A stretch of 64,000 nt of DNA from Longimicrobiales bacterium. Lineage in GTDB: Bacteria > Gemmatimonadota > Gemmatimonadetes > Longimicrobiales > Gaopeijiaceae. Both the position numbers and the translations under genes were made by a program. The stretch covers positions 1,248,001 through 1,312,000 of the forward strand of contig CBDBCF010000001.1 of the NCBI GenBank assembly GCA_965202985.1, in the 5' to 3' direction. Positions 50,131-59,478 of the stretch are shown here, piece after piece. The notes under the pieces were generated by a model. It was not told where the DNA came from. It saw only the letters and a program-made list of their open reading frames with translations, and searched no databases. Within the stretch, counting starts at the first letter, position 1. Every line of letters starts with the position of its first letter.

Positions 50131-50909
50131 ATGACCTTCGATATTGTCGCGCTAGAAAAGCTACTCTGCGAGCGTCTATGTCACGAAGTCAAGGTTATCG
50201 AACGCTTGACGGTGCTCTGATGATCCGTACACATTTTCGGTTCCCAGACGGCGATAACTTCCCCATTCATCTTGCGGCTTCGTCTTCCGGTGGATTGACG
50301 TTGTCCGACCGAGGACATACAATGATGCACATGAGTTACGAGCACGATGTTGATTCTTTTTTGGAAGGTACTCGCGGCATGCTACTGGAGCGAATAATGA
50401 CAGAATCAGGTTTGCAATGGGATGGTGGTGCCCTAAGTCTTGATACATCTCCTGAGCAATTGTCCGAAGCCGTCTTTGTGTTTGGTCAGACGCTGACGAG
50501 GATTTACGACCTTACTATGCTGTCGCGGTCGAACGTCGGGTCCACTTTCTACGACGATCTGGCAGATGTTCTGAGCGATCTAGTTGATGAATCGAAGCTT
50601 CAGAAAGATTATGAACCATCAGTGCCAAACTCGGCTGCATATCCGGTGGATTATCTGATCAACGGTAGGAACGACAACCGAATCTTCCTATATGGCGTGC
50701 CCAATCGAGACAAGGCACGACTGACGACGATTATGTTATCGCATTTTCATCGAAACAATCTCACCTTCGATTCCATCATCGTCTTTGAGAACCAAATCGA
50801 GATTCCCAGACTTGATCTCGCCCGACTGACGGATGTTGCAGGAGACATGATCTCGTCTCTTGCGGCAAAAGACGACCTGATGCGGAAGCTCCGGCGGCGA
50901 GTAGCCTGA
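50131..50909 (+). pseudogene. Frameshifted DUF1828(/DUF1829)-like protein
   Basis: ATG 50131 gives MTFDIVALEKLLCERLCHEVKVIER then stop at 50220; -1 frame continues DGALMIRTHFRFPDGD...LSDRGHT. Confidence 0.7.
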
Positions 50910-50911
50910 TA

Positions 50912-53872
50912 ATGAGCGAACGACGCCGTCCGCCGAAGCAGGTCGAGACCCTCACCCACGACGAGGCGTCCCGCAAGAACATCCCGACAGCCGAGCACCA
51001 GCCCGTCATGTCCGAAGGCGACCGTACGGCCATCCAAGTCGCCTACGAGCGTCGCAACCCCGACCTCGACCCCCAGCTGGTGTGGCGCGGCAAGGACATG
51101 CAGGACTGGTCCGACTTGGTCGTGCCCGCCCCGCCGCTGTTCATCCAGGAAAAGGTTCATCCGAAGGTCCTGATCGACGACCTTCTTCGGCAGAGCCGGG
51201 CATCGGAGGGTGCGGACGACCAGTTGCCAGACCTTTTCGCCGACTTCAACGGCCTGCCCGAGGACGACGCCAAGACCGAGTTCTACGAGCACGACGCCAA
51301 CTGGTCCAACCGGATGATCCTGGGCGACAGCCTCCAGGTGATGGCTTCCGTTGCCGAGCGCGAAGGCCTTCGCGGCAAGGTCCAGTGCATCTACATCGAT
51401 CCTCCCTACGGCATCAAGTTCAACTCGAACTTCATGTGGTCCACCACCAGCCGAGATGTTCGCGACGGCAAGCCAGAGCATATCACCCGAGAACCGGAAC
51501 AGGTGAAGGCGTTTCGGGATACTTGGCGAGACGGCATTCATTCGTATCTGACGTACTTGCGGGACCGACTGACTGTGGCTCGCGACCTGTTGACCGACAG
51601 CGGTTCGATCTTCGTGCAGATAGGAGATGAGAACGTCCACCGGGTGAGGGCGTTGATGGACGAAGTATTTGGGAAAGAAAACTACATAGTAACCATAAAA
51701 TTCTCCAAGACATCGACCTTGGGTGGCAATTTTATTGATGAAACTGTCGACTATATTGTATGGTACGGACGAAGCAAGGCGCATCTGAAATTTCGTCGTC
51801 CGTATCTCCAACGCGTTGTAGGCGGTGCCGGAGCGACGCAATACAAGTACGTCATGCACCACGGCGTCGTCAAGACACTGAAGACACCATCTCGCGACGG
51901 GCGCGGGCAGGAACGATTGTTTTCTCACGACAACCTCACTTCTCAGACAGGCAATCAGACGACAGTTTTTGGTTTTGGTTTGCTAGGACACAGGATTCCT
52001 ACTCCCAGAAAAGGCGGATGGAAAACGAACAGACAGGGTATGCAACGATTGATCAGGGCTGATCGAATCGTACGGTTCGGCAATACACCACGTTACGTAA
52101 GGTATTTTGACGATGCACCCTATTGGCCGCTTGGATCTGCCTGGCATGATACGAACATCAGCGGGTTCGGTGATGACAAGGTATACGTAGTGCAGACTCT
52201 GCGGAGAGTCGTCGAGCGTTGTCTCCTCCTAACCACCGACCCCGGCGACCTCGTCCTCGACCCCACCTGCGGCTCTGGCACCACTGCCTACGTCGCCGAG
52301 CAATGGGGCCGTCGCTGGATCACCATCGATACCTCTCGGGTCGCCCTTGCCTTGGCTCGGGCCCGCGTGATGGGGGCTCGCTATCCGTACTACCTACTCG
52401 CGGATTCGAGCGAAGGGCTGGCGAAGGAAGCACAGCTGGCCAGTACAACGCCCGACGACACCAAGGCGACCCACGGCGACATCCGCCAGGGCTTCGTGTA
52501 CGAGCGCGTGCCGCACATCACGCTCAAGTCGATCGCGAACAACGCCGAGATCGACGAGATATGGGAGGAGCATCGGCCCGCGTTGGATCGACTTCGAGCG
52601 AGAATCAACGAGGCACGCGACGAGGAGTGGGAGGAATGGCAGGTCCCACGCTACCCGGAAGAGCCTTGGGAGGATCAGGCATCGATACTCTTCGCGCGTC
52701 TCGAGAAGGAGTCACGCAAGACGAAGCCCAACACCTCCACTGTTCGCCGACTTCTCGACGAACTGAACGCGATCCTAGGGCGAAGCTACACGCTGGAATC
52801 GCTACCCGAGCGGCCTGCGGACCCGTGGCCGGAGGAGGATCATCAGGCGCTCCATGCCGAGTGGTGGAAGGGTCGAATCGCCCGGCAGAAGGAGATCGAC
52901 GCATCGATCGCAGCGAAGGCCAACTACGAGTACCTGTACGACAAGCCCTACGAGGACAAGCGCAAGGTTCGAGTGTCCGGCCCGTTCACGGTGGAGAGCC
53001 TGTCCCCGCATCGGGAACTGGGCGTGGACGAGAACGACGACCTTGTGGACCAAGTGGCCGAGCCCAGGCACGGCTACGGTCGCGAGCGGGATTTCGTGTC
53101 GGTCGTGCTCGACCACCTGCGCACGGCCGGCGTTCAGCAGGTCCACAAAGAAGACAAGATCTCGTTTTCTTCGTTGACGGCGTGGCCGGGCGACCTGGTG
53201 TGCGCGGAAGGCCGATTCGTCAAGAACGGGGGACGGGCGGAGCAACGAGCCGCAATCTTCGTCGGTCCGGAGTTCGGTACGGTCACGCGGCCCGACTTGG
53301 CGCGCGCCGCCCGAGAGGCCGCCGAGGCCGGGTTCGACCTGTTGATCGCCTGCGCCTTCAACTTCGGCCCCCACGCGACCGATTTCAACAAGCTGGGCCG
53401 CATTCGCGTGTTGAAGCCACGGATCAACGCCGACCTTCACATGGCCGACAACCTCAAGAACACGGGCAAGGGCAACCTGTTCGTGATCTTTGGGGAGCCC
53501 GACATAGACATCATTCCGGTCGGCGACGACGGGTCCGAAGACGACAGGGTTCAGGTCAAGATTCGAGGCGTGGACGTCTTCCATCCGGGCAGCGGCGAGA
53601 TACGCAGCGACGATGCCGACGGCATCGCCTGTTGGTTCATCGACACGGACTACAACGAAGAGAGCTTCTTCGTTCGTCACGCCTACTTCCTTGGCGCGAG
53701 CGACCCCTACAAGTCCCTCAAGACCAGCCTGAAGGCCGAGATCAACCCCGACGCCTGGGCCACGCTCCGTAGCGACACCTCTCGTCCCTTCCCCCGACCC
53801 AAGACGGGTCGCATCGCGGTCAAGGTGATCAACCACCTGGGCGATGAGGTCATGAAGGTGTTTCGGGCGTGA
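50912..53872 (+). CDS. mod: Type III-like amino-methyltransferase (Mod, beta class)
   Basis: GDSLQVM, IYIDPPY (motif IV), low-GC TRD, VLDPTCGSGTT (motif I), IAVKVINHLG. Confidence 0.92.
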   Translation: MSERRRPPKQVETLTHDEASRKNIPTAEHQPVMSEGDRTAIQVAYERRNPDLDPQLVWRGKDMQDWSDLVVPAPPLFIQEKVHPKVLIDDLLRQSRASEGADDQLPDLFADFNGLPEDDAKTEFYEHDANWSNRMILGDSLQVMASVAEREGLRGKVQCIYIDPPYGIKFNSNFMWSTTSRDVRDGKPEHITREPEQVKAFRDTWRDGIHSYLTYLRDRLTVARDLLTDSGSIFVQIGDENVHRVRALMDEVFGKENYIVTIKFSKTSTLGGNFIDETVDYIVWYGRSKAHLKFRRPYLQRVVGGAGATQYKYVMHHGVVKTLKTPSRDGRGQERLFSHDNLTSQTGNQTTVFGFGLLGHRIPTPRKGGWKTNRQGMQRLIRADRIVRFGNTPRYVRYFDDAPYWPLGSAWHDTNISGFGDDKVYVVQTLRRVVERCLLLTTDPGDLVLDPTCGSGTTAYVAEQWGRRWITIDTSRVALALARARVMGARYPYYLLADSSEGLAKEAQLASTTPDDTKATHGDIRQGFVYERVPHITLKSIANNAEIDEIWEEHRPALDRLRARINEARDEEWEEWQVPRYPEEPWEDQASILFARLEKESRKTKPNTSTVRRLLDELNAILGRSYTLESLPERPADPWPEEDHQALHAEWWKGRIARQKEIDASIAAKANYEYLYDKPYEDKRKVRVSGPFTVESLSPHRELGVDENDDLVDQVAEPRHGYGRERDFVSVVLDHLRTAGVQQVHKEDKISFSSLTAWPGDLVCAEGRFVKNGGRAEQRAAIFVGPEFGTVTRPDLARAAREAAEAGFDLLIACAFNFGPHATDFNKLGRIRVLKPRINADLHMADNLKNTGKGNLFVIFGEPDIDIIPVGDDGSEDDRVQVKIRGVDVFHPGSGEIRSDDADGIACWFIDTDYNEESFFVRHAYFLGASDPYKSLKTSLKAEINPDAWATLRSDTSRPFPRPKTGRIAVKVINHLGDEVMKVFRA

Positions 53873-54237
53873 GTGCCGTTCCGCCGCCTTCGCCCACGCG
53901 CACCGGGATGACCCGCAACGACGTCCTCGACTTCCTGCGTGCTCACAAGGCCGAGGTGGCACGCCGGTTCGGTGTCGGGGATATTGCTCTCTTTGGATCG
54001 TTTAGCCGCGACGAGGCCAAGGAGGACATCGACATCGACATCGACATCTTGGTCCGATTCGACCGCCCGGCGACGATCAGGTCGTTCTTCGGCGCCCAGT
54101 TCTATCTGGAGGACAGGCTGGGACGGCGAGTCGACCTGGTTACACACAGGGCCTTGCGGTCGGAGTTCCGACCCTACGTGGAGGCAGAGGCGATCCACGT
54201 GGTCGAGCACATGGACGGGGAAGAGGGCGAACCGTGA
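53869..54237 (+). CDS. Minimal nucleotidyltransferase (MNT/MntA-like)
   Basis: LFGSFSRDE..DID, LGRRVDLVT; alternative start ATG 53908. Confidence 0.88.
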   Translation: MSAVPPPSPTRTGMTRNDVLDFLRAHKAEVARRFGVGDIALFGSFSRDEAKEDIDIDIDILVRFDRPATIRSFFGAQFYLEDRLGRRVDLVTHRALRSEFRPYVEAEAIHVVEHMDGEEGEP

Positions 54238-55565
54238 AGCTGGACGCCTTTCGCCTGGAAGACGTGCGGTGCTTCGCCGGACCGCAGACGGTTCGCATTC
54301 GGCCCCTGACTTTTTTGGTCGGCGAGAACAGCACCGGCAAGTCCACTGTTCTTGGGTGCATGCAGGCAGTGGCGGACTACATGGCCGACACGGACATGGA
54401 GGTGGATCTCAATCGTCATCCTTACGAGATGGGGTCTTTTCGGGAGGTCGTGCGCAGGAGCCGGCCGCTCGTCCAGTCGTTCAAGCTAGGGGTGGAGTGG
54501 CGCGGGGACGACGAAGGAGAGGTTGCAAGCTATACGCTTGAGCTGCATGAGCGTGAAGGAGGAGCACGGGCGACTGTGCGCGAGGCCGTCTGGCGCTTGC
54601 CGGATGTCGAGTTTCGGATGCGCCTAGGTCGCCCTGGGAGACTCTCTCCGAGGAGGTTTACGAGAGCAAAGACCGGCGGCGGCGGATTGTCCGTGGTGTT
54701 CGACGTCCCGCAACCGTGGTTCTACCGGTTCCAGGCACGCCCTTGGAGGTGGTCTTTCATGCTTGATTCTCGGGTGAAAGGTGCTAAGCCCGTGAACAGG
54801 GCAGTTCGGTCTGTTGTCGCCAAGTACGCCAACCAGTTCCGAAGCCTCCAGTTCGGACTGTCGCCAGCAAGGAGCATTGCTCCGGTTCGGTCGAAGCCCG
54901 AGCGAACATACAATCCGTTCTCGGACGTGCCTGATCCCGAGGGCTCGGATGTCCCGGCAGACCTCGCCGGCATTGCGAGAAGGGGAGGCCGCAAGTGGGA
55001 CGATCTGAAGGCCGGGCTCGAGCGCTTTGGTCGCGAGTCTGGGCTGTTTTCCGAGCTTGCCGTAAGGCGGCTCGGAAAATCCGGTAGCGACCCGTTTCAG
55101 TTGCAGGTCAGGGCACGCGGTCCAAAAGCCAACATCAAGGACGTCGGCTACGGCGTCAGTCAGATACTGCCGATCCTGGTTCGCCTTGTGCACCCAACGG
55201 AGAGGGCCGCTACCTTTCTTGTACAGCAGCCAGAGGTGCATCTGCATCCACGAGGCCAGGCCGCACTATCGTCCATAATGATCGGGCTCCTGGATTCCAA
55301 CAGCGAACATCGTCGCGGACTGCCTTTGCGTTTCGTGATCGAAACCCACAGCGACTACATGATCGACCGCGCCAGAATCGCGATTCGACGCAAGGAGATC
55401 TCGTCGGACGACGTATCGCTGGTTTATTTGGAGCCCAAGTCCCGCGGCGGAGTCGTCGTGCACAACATCTGCTTCGACGAAATGGGGAACATGACGGGGG
55501 TTCCGGCCGGCTATCGGGATTTCTTTCTGAAGGAGTCCGACGCTCTGCTCGGCTTTGGGGAGTAG
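54234..55565 (+). CDS. ABC-type ATPase (AAA_15/AAA_21, DUF3696-like tail)
   Basis: GENSTGKS, VGYGVSQILP signature, QQPEVHLHP, IETHSD. Confidence 0.88.
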   Translation: MKLDAFRLEDVRCFAGPQTVRIRPLTFLVGENSTGKSTVLGCMQAVADYMADTDMEVDLNRHPYEMGSFREVVRRSRPLVQSFKLGVEWRGDDEGEVASYTLELHEREGGARATVREAVWRLPDVEFRMRLGRPGRLSPRRFTRAKTGGGGLSVVFDVPQPWFYRFQARPWRWSFMLDSRVKGAKPVNRAVRSVVAKYANQFRSLQFGLSPARSIAPVRSKPERTYNPFSDVPDPEGSDVPADLAGIARRGGRKWDDLKAGLERFGRESGLFSELAVRRLGKSGSDPFQLQVRARGPKANIKDVGYGVSQILPILVRLVHPTERAATFLVQQPEVHLHPRGQAALSSIMIGLLDSNSEHRRGLPLRFVIETHSDYMIDRARIAIRRKEISSDDVSLVYLEPKSRGGVVVHNICFDEMGNMTGVPAGYRDFFLKESDALLGFGE

Positions 55566-55569
55566 AGCG

Positions 55570-55992
55570 GTGTGCATCATACTGGACGCCAACCTGTTCA
55601 GCGAGTACTTGCAGAACACGCCGGACATGGCACCCGTGCGGCAATGGCTGGAGGGTAGCAAGCGGAGGAGGGGCAAGCTTGCGTACTCGCCTACGGCCAA
55701 GTTTAGGGCCGAGGTCCGACGGCACCCGTTTCGGGACAAGCTCGTCGAACTTCGTCGTGCTGGATTGCTGAAGGAGATTCCGACGGCCAAGGTTGCCGAG
55801 GAAGAAGACAAGTTGCCCGATCTCAAGTCCGACGACCCTCATGTGGTCGCGTTGGCCGTCGCGGGACGTGTTTCGGTTCTCGTATCCAAGGACCGGGACT
55901 TGCACCAGGACTTCAAGGGAGTAGTAAAGGGAGGCAAGGTCTACCAAACCGCCAAGCATAGGCGTCTCTTGACCCCGGACCTGTGCAAGTGA
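55570..55992 (+). CDS. PIN-like domain protein
   Basis: CIILDAN, SDDPHVVALA, LVSKDRDL acidic PIN pattern; start GTG 55570 (or TTG 55555). Confidence 0.75.
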   Translation: MCIILDANLFSEYLQNTPDMAPVRQWLEGSKRRRGKLAYSPTAKFRAEVRRHPFRDKLVELRRAGLLKEIPTAKVAEEEDKLPDLKSDDPHVVALAVAGRVSVLVSKDRDLHQDFKGVVKGGKVYQTAKHRRLLTPDLCK

Positions 55993-56014
55993 CAGCGAAT
56001 GCGAAACAGCGTCG

Positions 56015-56467
56015 TTGGCGACGGCACCGAGAGGCAGCGTAGCCGCGATGCGCGACCCGTTGGCGCCGTTGGCGAAGATTGTACCGTGGGAGGCTTTTCG
56101 TCCGAGACTTGAAACGTATTGGCCGAAACCGGGCCAGCAGTCACGCCGGACGCGCTGGGATGCGGTGTTCATGTTCAAGATTTTGGTTTTCGGCGCACTT
56201 CACGACCTGTCGGATAGGGCAGTTGCCGACTTGGCGACGGACAGCCTGAGCCTCATGCGTTTCTTGGGGCTGCGCCCCGGAGATCCCACCCCAGACGCCA
56301 ACACGATTCGCCTGTATCGGAAGTACCTAACGAAGGCCGGCGTCACGAATCAGATGCTTGCGGAAGTGCGACGTCACCTCCAAGAGCACGGCTATCAAGC
56401 AGAAAAGAACATGTATCGACCGCTGCCTCTTCTGTCTGGCCATCTGAAGCGTCGCGGGCCGCGCTAG
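56015..56467 (+). mobile_element. IS5-family transposase N-terminal fragment (DUF772 part, no DDE domain)
   Basis: VPWEAFRP, MFKILV..LHDLSD, MRFLGL..PDANTI. Confidence 0.8.
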
Positions 56468-56761
56468 CAACGTGTGGAAAAAGGCGGCGAAACGGCGCGG
56501 GGCGTCAAAACCTCGCCGCCCCAACTCGTCCCAGCCTTCGTCCTTCAGAATCCGACGGTCGAGTTCGTAGTCCCAGTAGACCCGAAGTTCTTGCCCTTGT
56601 GCATCATCGTCGGCGCACGCCAAGTGCACGACTGGCGAGTCTCCGGGGCCGGACGGCTGCTCCACACGCTCCACGAGCCAACGACGGGAGCGGACCTGGA
56701 CCAGATCGCCGGGCTCGGGCGGGTGTTCGGGAAGGACGGTGGGTTCTAGCGGACTCTGCAC
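56468..56761 (-). pseudogene. drmD: N-terminal fragment of DISARM SNF2-like helicase
   Basis: PGDLVQVRSRRWLVE...LACADDDAQGQEL.VYWDYE...GFD.P..FAAFFHTL, then similarity ends at the IS5 junction. Confidence 0.72.
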
Positions 56762-56771
56762 GGTGTTCCCG

Positions 56772-58496
56772 TCAGTCCCCTTGCAACGCCGTGCCAACTA
56801 TATCTTTCACCCGACGGCGAATCAATTCGGATCGTTCATGCATCAAATCATCAACATTCTCGATCAAGAAGCGATTGGGCCAATCAGGTTCGTTAGGGTC
56901 GCCTGGTATCATGCAATCCGCTAGCCGTCGCCTAAGGTCCCCTATCGTTCCACCCGCCCGCGCCTTACTGGCGAGGTTGCCAAAGTAGTCATGAGGATAT
57001 CCTTCCCCGAGCGAACGGTTTGTGCGAGCAAGTACTGGTATGCGGTTACAGATCGAGTTTAATACATCTTTGTCTAGTCCATGCTTCTTGGTCGCATTGT
57101 ATGGATAGATGTGGTGATCGTCGAGATTCGATTCGGAAGTAATCATGTCACCGGTCAGCAAGTCCTGTCGCACCGTCATTGCAAAAATGTTCTGCAACAC
57201 CTTATACCTAACATCCGATGGCTTGAGTCTCTGGATATCATCTACACTCAATTCGGCAACGTCGCGAACTGACGGCGGAACGTCATCACATACGTACATC
57301 TTCAAAGCGCTGAAGAACCGGCCTATCTGGTAGTTGGATGCACGAGTCAAATATCCTTTTTGCAGAATTTGACTAAAGTACCATCTGCGTATGAAATCGT
57401 GATCTGCGAAAACCTCCGCATCTTGACTGTCTGAGTACAAAGCCTTCACAGCAGCGATGGCGACCAAAATTATCGGATTGGGTAGAGTGCCTGGGCCTCC
57501 AGACGAACTGGGACGCGCGCCTTGTGCCCTCGCCCATTCATATGTGCGTGCTAACATCCTTACTGACCGCTCCCAATTCTCTGCTAGTCGATCCCGCGGT
57601 AGTGCCAACAGTCTTCCTCGTGACAGCTCAGCAGGCCGGCCGTCCTGGGTAGCTATCACCAAGAACAAAACCTGCAACACTCTCTTCCCGTTGACTCCGA
57701 ACTGTCGCAATATAGGATAGTCCGCAAGTGTCTGGTCCCACAACTCTCGCAAGTCCGGGGTCGGGAAGAACCTAGCAACTGCTAGATCGAATGTGCTCAG
57801 CCTAGTGCCGGTGGTGTTGATCGTCTCGAACACCCTGCAAATCGCTTCAATGCCTCGGTTTTGCTCAAGTGTTACAACAGGGATTTCATATCTTCTCATG
57901 ATCTCAAAGATACCATTGATATCCGCAACTGCTCCCCATTTGCGGTGGCGATCGTAATCGGCAAAATCGGGCGAATTCTCAATGTATTCAGTGACATACA
58001 CACTGGCCTTCTTCTGGTCAAGCACTATGTCGGCACGCAGTAGTCTGTTGCCCTCAAGTCGATCAGGTCGGGTCTGTCTGCGCCTAGTCCTGATCCATTC
58101 AAGCGACTCCGAACCGAATTCTTCAAGAATGGCCTTCAAGTCAAAATAGTACGCCACCTTCAAGCCTGCATTCATGAATACACGAGCGAGGGACGTGATT
58201 CGTTGCTGTCCGTCAAGAATATAGGAGTCTGCATCTATCCCAGCCGAAGGATCAGCCGCGTCCAAGTCGTCCGCTTCGCGAAGCTCCGCCTCAATTCTGC
58301 GCGACGCGAGCTGTAGTTCTGGATTCTTTTCGAGAAGAAGCAGCGAGCCTACTGGATAGGATCGGGCTATCGAATCCACAAGGCGTCGTACAGCTGCTTC
58401 CTTCCAGATAAACTGCCGCTGGAATCTCGGTATCGTAAGCCGACCAGCCTGCACAGCGTCTAGCAGGCTACTCAGGCTATAGCTCGTAGTTTTCAT
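56772..58496 (-). CDS. DUF262 (ParB-like) + C-terminal HNH-like, GmrSD-type nuclease
   Basis: IPRFQRQFIW, ILDGQQR, FETINTTG; DDHHIYP...N...N; visibly low GC. Confidence 0.85.
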   Translation of the reverse strand: MKTTSYSLSSLLDAVQAGRLTIPRFQRQFIWKEAAVRRLVDSIARSYPVGSLLLLEKNPELQLASRRIEAELREADDLDAADPSAGIDADSYILDGQQRITSLARVFMNAGLKVAYYFDLKAILEEFGSESLEWIRTRRRQTRPDRLEGNRLLRADIVLDQKKASVYVTEYIENSPDFADYDRHRKWGAVADINGIFEIMRRYEIPVVTLEQNRGIEAICRVFETINTTGTRLSTFDLAVARFFPTPDLRELWDQTLADYPILRQFGVNGKRVLQVLFLVIATQDGRPAELSRGRLLALPRDRLAENWERSVRMLARTYEWARAQGARPSSSGGPGTLPNPIILVAIAAVKALYSDSQDAEVFADHDFIRRWYFSQILQKGYLTRASNYQIGRFFSALKMYVCDDVPPSVRDVAELSVDDIQRLKPSDVRYKVLQNIFAMTVRQDLLTGDMITSESNLDDHHIYPYNATKKHGLDKDVLNSICNRIPVLARTNRSLGEGYPHDYFGNLASKARAGGTIGDLRRRLADCMIPGDPNEPDWPNRFLIENVDDLMHERSELIRRRVKDIVGTALQGD

Positions 58497-58889
58497 GCCC
58501 TACCTCCCAATCCCATCGCCCGCGTGGACTTGCCGGTCACGGGCCGGTCCGCGGCGAGCGTGTCCAGTACGGCGATCTCCGCTGGGTACTCGGCCGGGCA
58601 CAGCGGCCTCGACCCGCCAGGGCCATGGGCACGCCTGGACCGAGTGTCGCCCAGGAGTCGGGCGTGGATGGGGTACTGGCTGTGGGGGCGCGCTATAACG
58701 GTCTCCTTGCGGGAGGAGGCTGATCTGACGGGTACCAAGCAACCTAAGGCGATTGGGCGGATCGGCCAAGAGGCGAGGAGTTGCCACTCGGGGAACGGGG
58801 CCGTTTGGACGAGGTAGTCGGCCAAGACGGCCCCAGTCCAAGTGCGTCGCGACCCGGGGGCTGAACTCGACCACAGTCCGCCGTCGCCA

Positions 58890-59430
58890 CTAGCTCATGT
58901 CCCCCACCGCAGCCAAGAACTCGTCGCCCGTCTCGCATTCGAGCACCAAGTCCGAGATGGCTTCCATCTGGTCCGGGTCGGCTTCCCTCTCCAGCACCGC
59001 TTCAAGTCGTCCGGCCACCGCGGACCCGAACTTCGTGCCGGCTAGGCGTACTATGAGCTGCCTCTGGCCTTCCCGGCGACCCTCCACCTGGCCCTCCCGG
59101 CGACCTTCTTCGCGACCCTCCATCTGACCCTCCCTTCGGCCCAGCCTGCGGCCCTTCCTGCTGCCCTCTCGGTGCCAGTCCCTCTCCCACTGCTTCATCG
59201 TCTCCACGATCATCGGCAATCCCTCCGTCAGGTCTTCCACGTTGTAAAGCGGCTCCACCGGCAAGCCCCGGTGCTGCAACAACCGTAGCACGCACGGTAG
59301 AACGCCCGCTTCAGAGCGTCGTCCTCGGGCTTCGGCAGGTCCTCGACGAGCTTCGAGAAGATCTCGACGAACGTTGCCCGCGTCCGCGTCCGCGCCCGCT
59401 CAAAGTGGCTCAGCGCTGCGCCCGCCTGGA
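58890..59430 (-). pseudogene. Rpn/YhgA-like (recombination-promoting nuclease) C-terminal remnant, frameshifted
   Basis: AALSHFER...LPKPEDDALKRAF, frameshift near 59292, then W.REG(R..EG)n repeats and KFG...LEC..EFL tail. Confidence 0.72.
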
Positions 59431-59478
59431 CAACCACCTGGGGCTGGGCCACGTGGACGTCTACCAGATCGCAAGGCG

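Noticed and set aside
49750..50210. Programmed ribosomal frameshifting at the two cargo breaks
   Set aside because: No X XXY YYZ slippery heptamer or obvious stimulator, and the shifts are in opposite directions; mutation or assembly error is more likely
54234..58496. Calling the ABC ATPase + DUF262 a Menshen system
   Set aside because: Genes are on opposite strands and separated by IS5 and drmD relics; not one operon
59040..59180. 12/24-bp repeats as a DNA-level element
   Set aside because: They encode the EGRREG coiled repeats typical of Rpn C-termini
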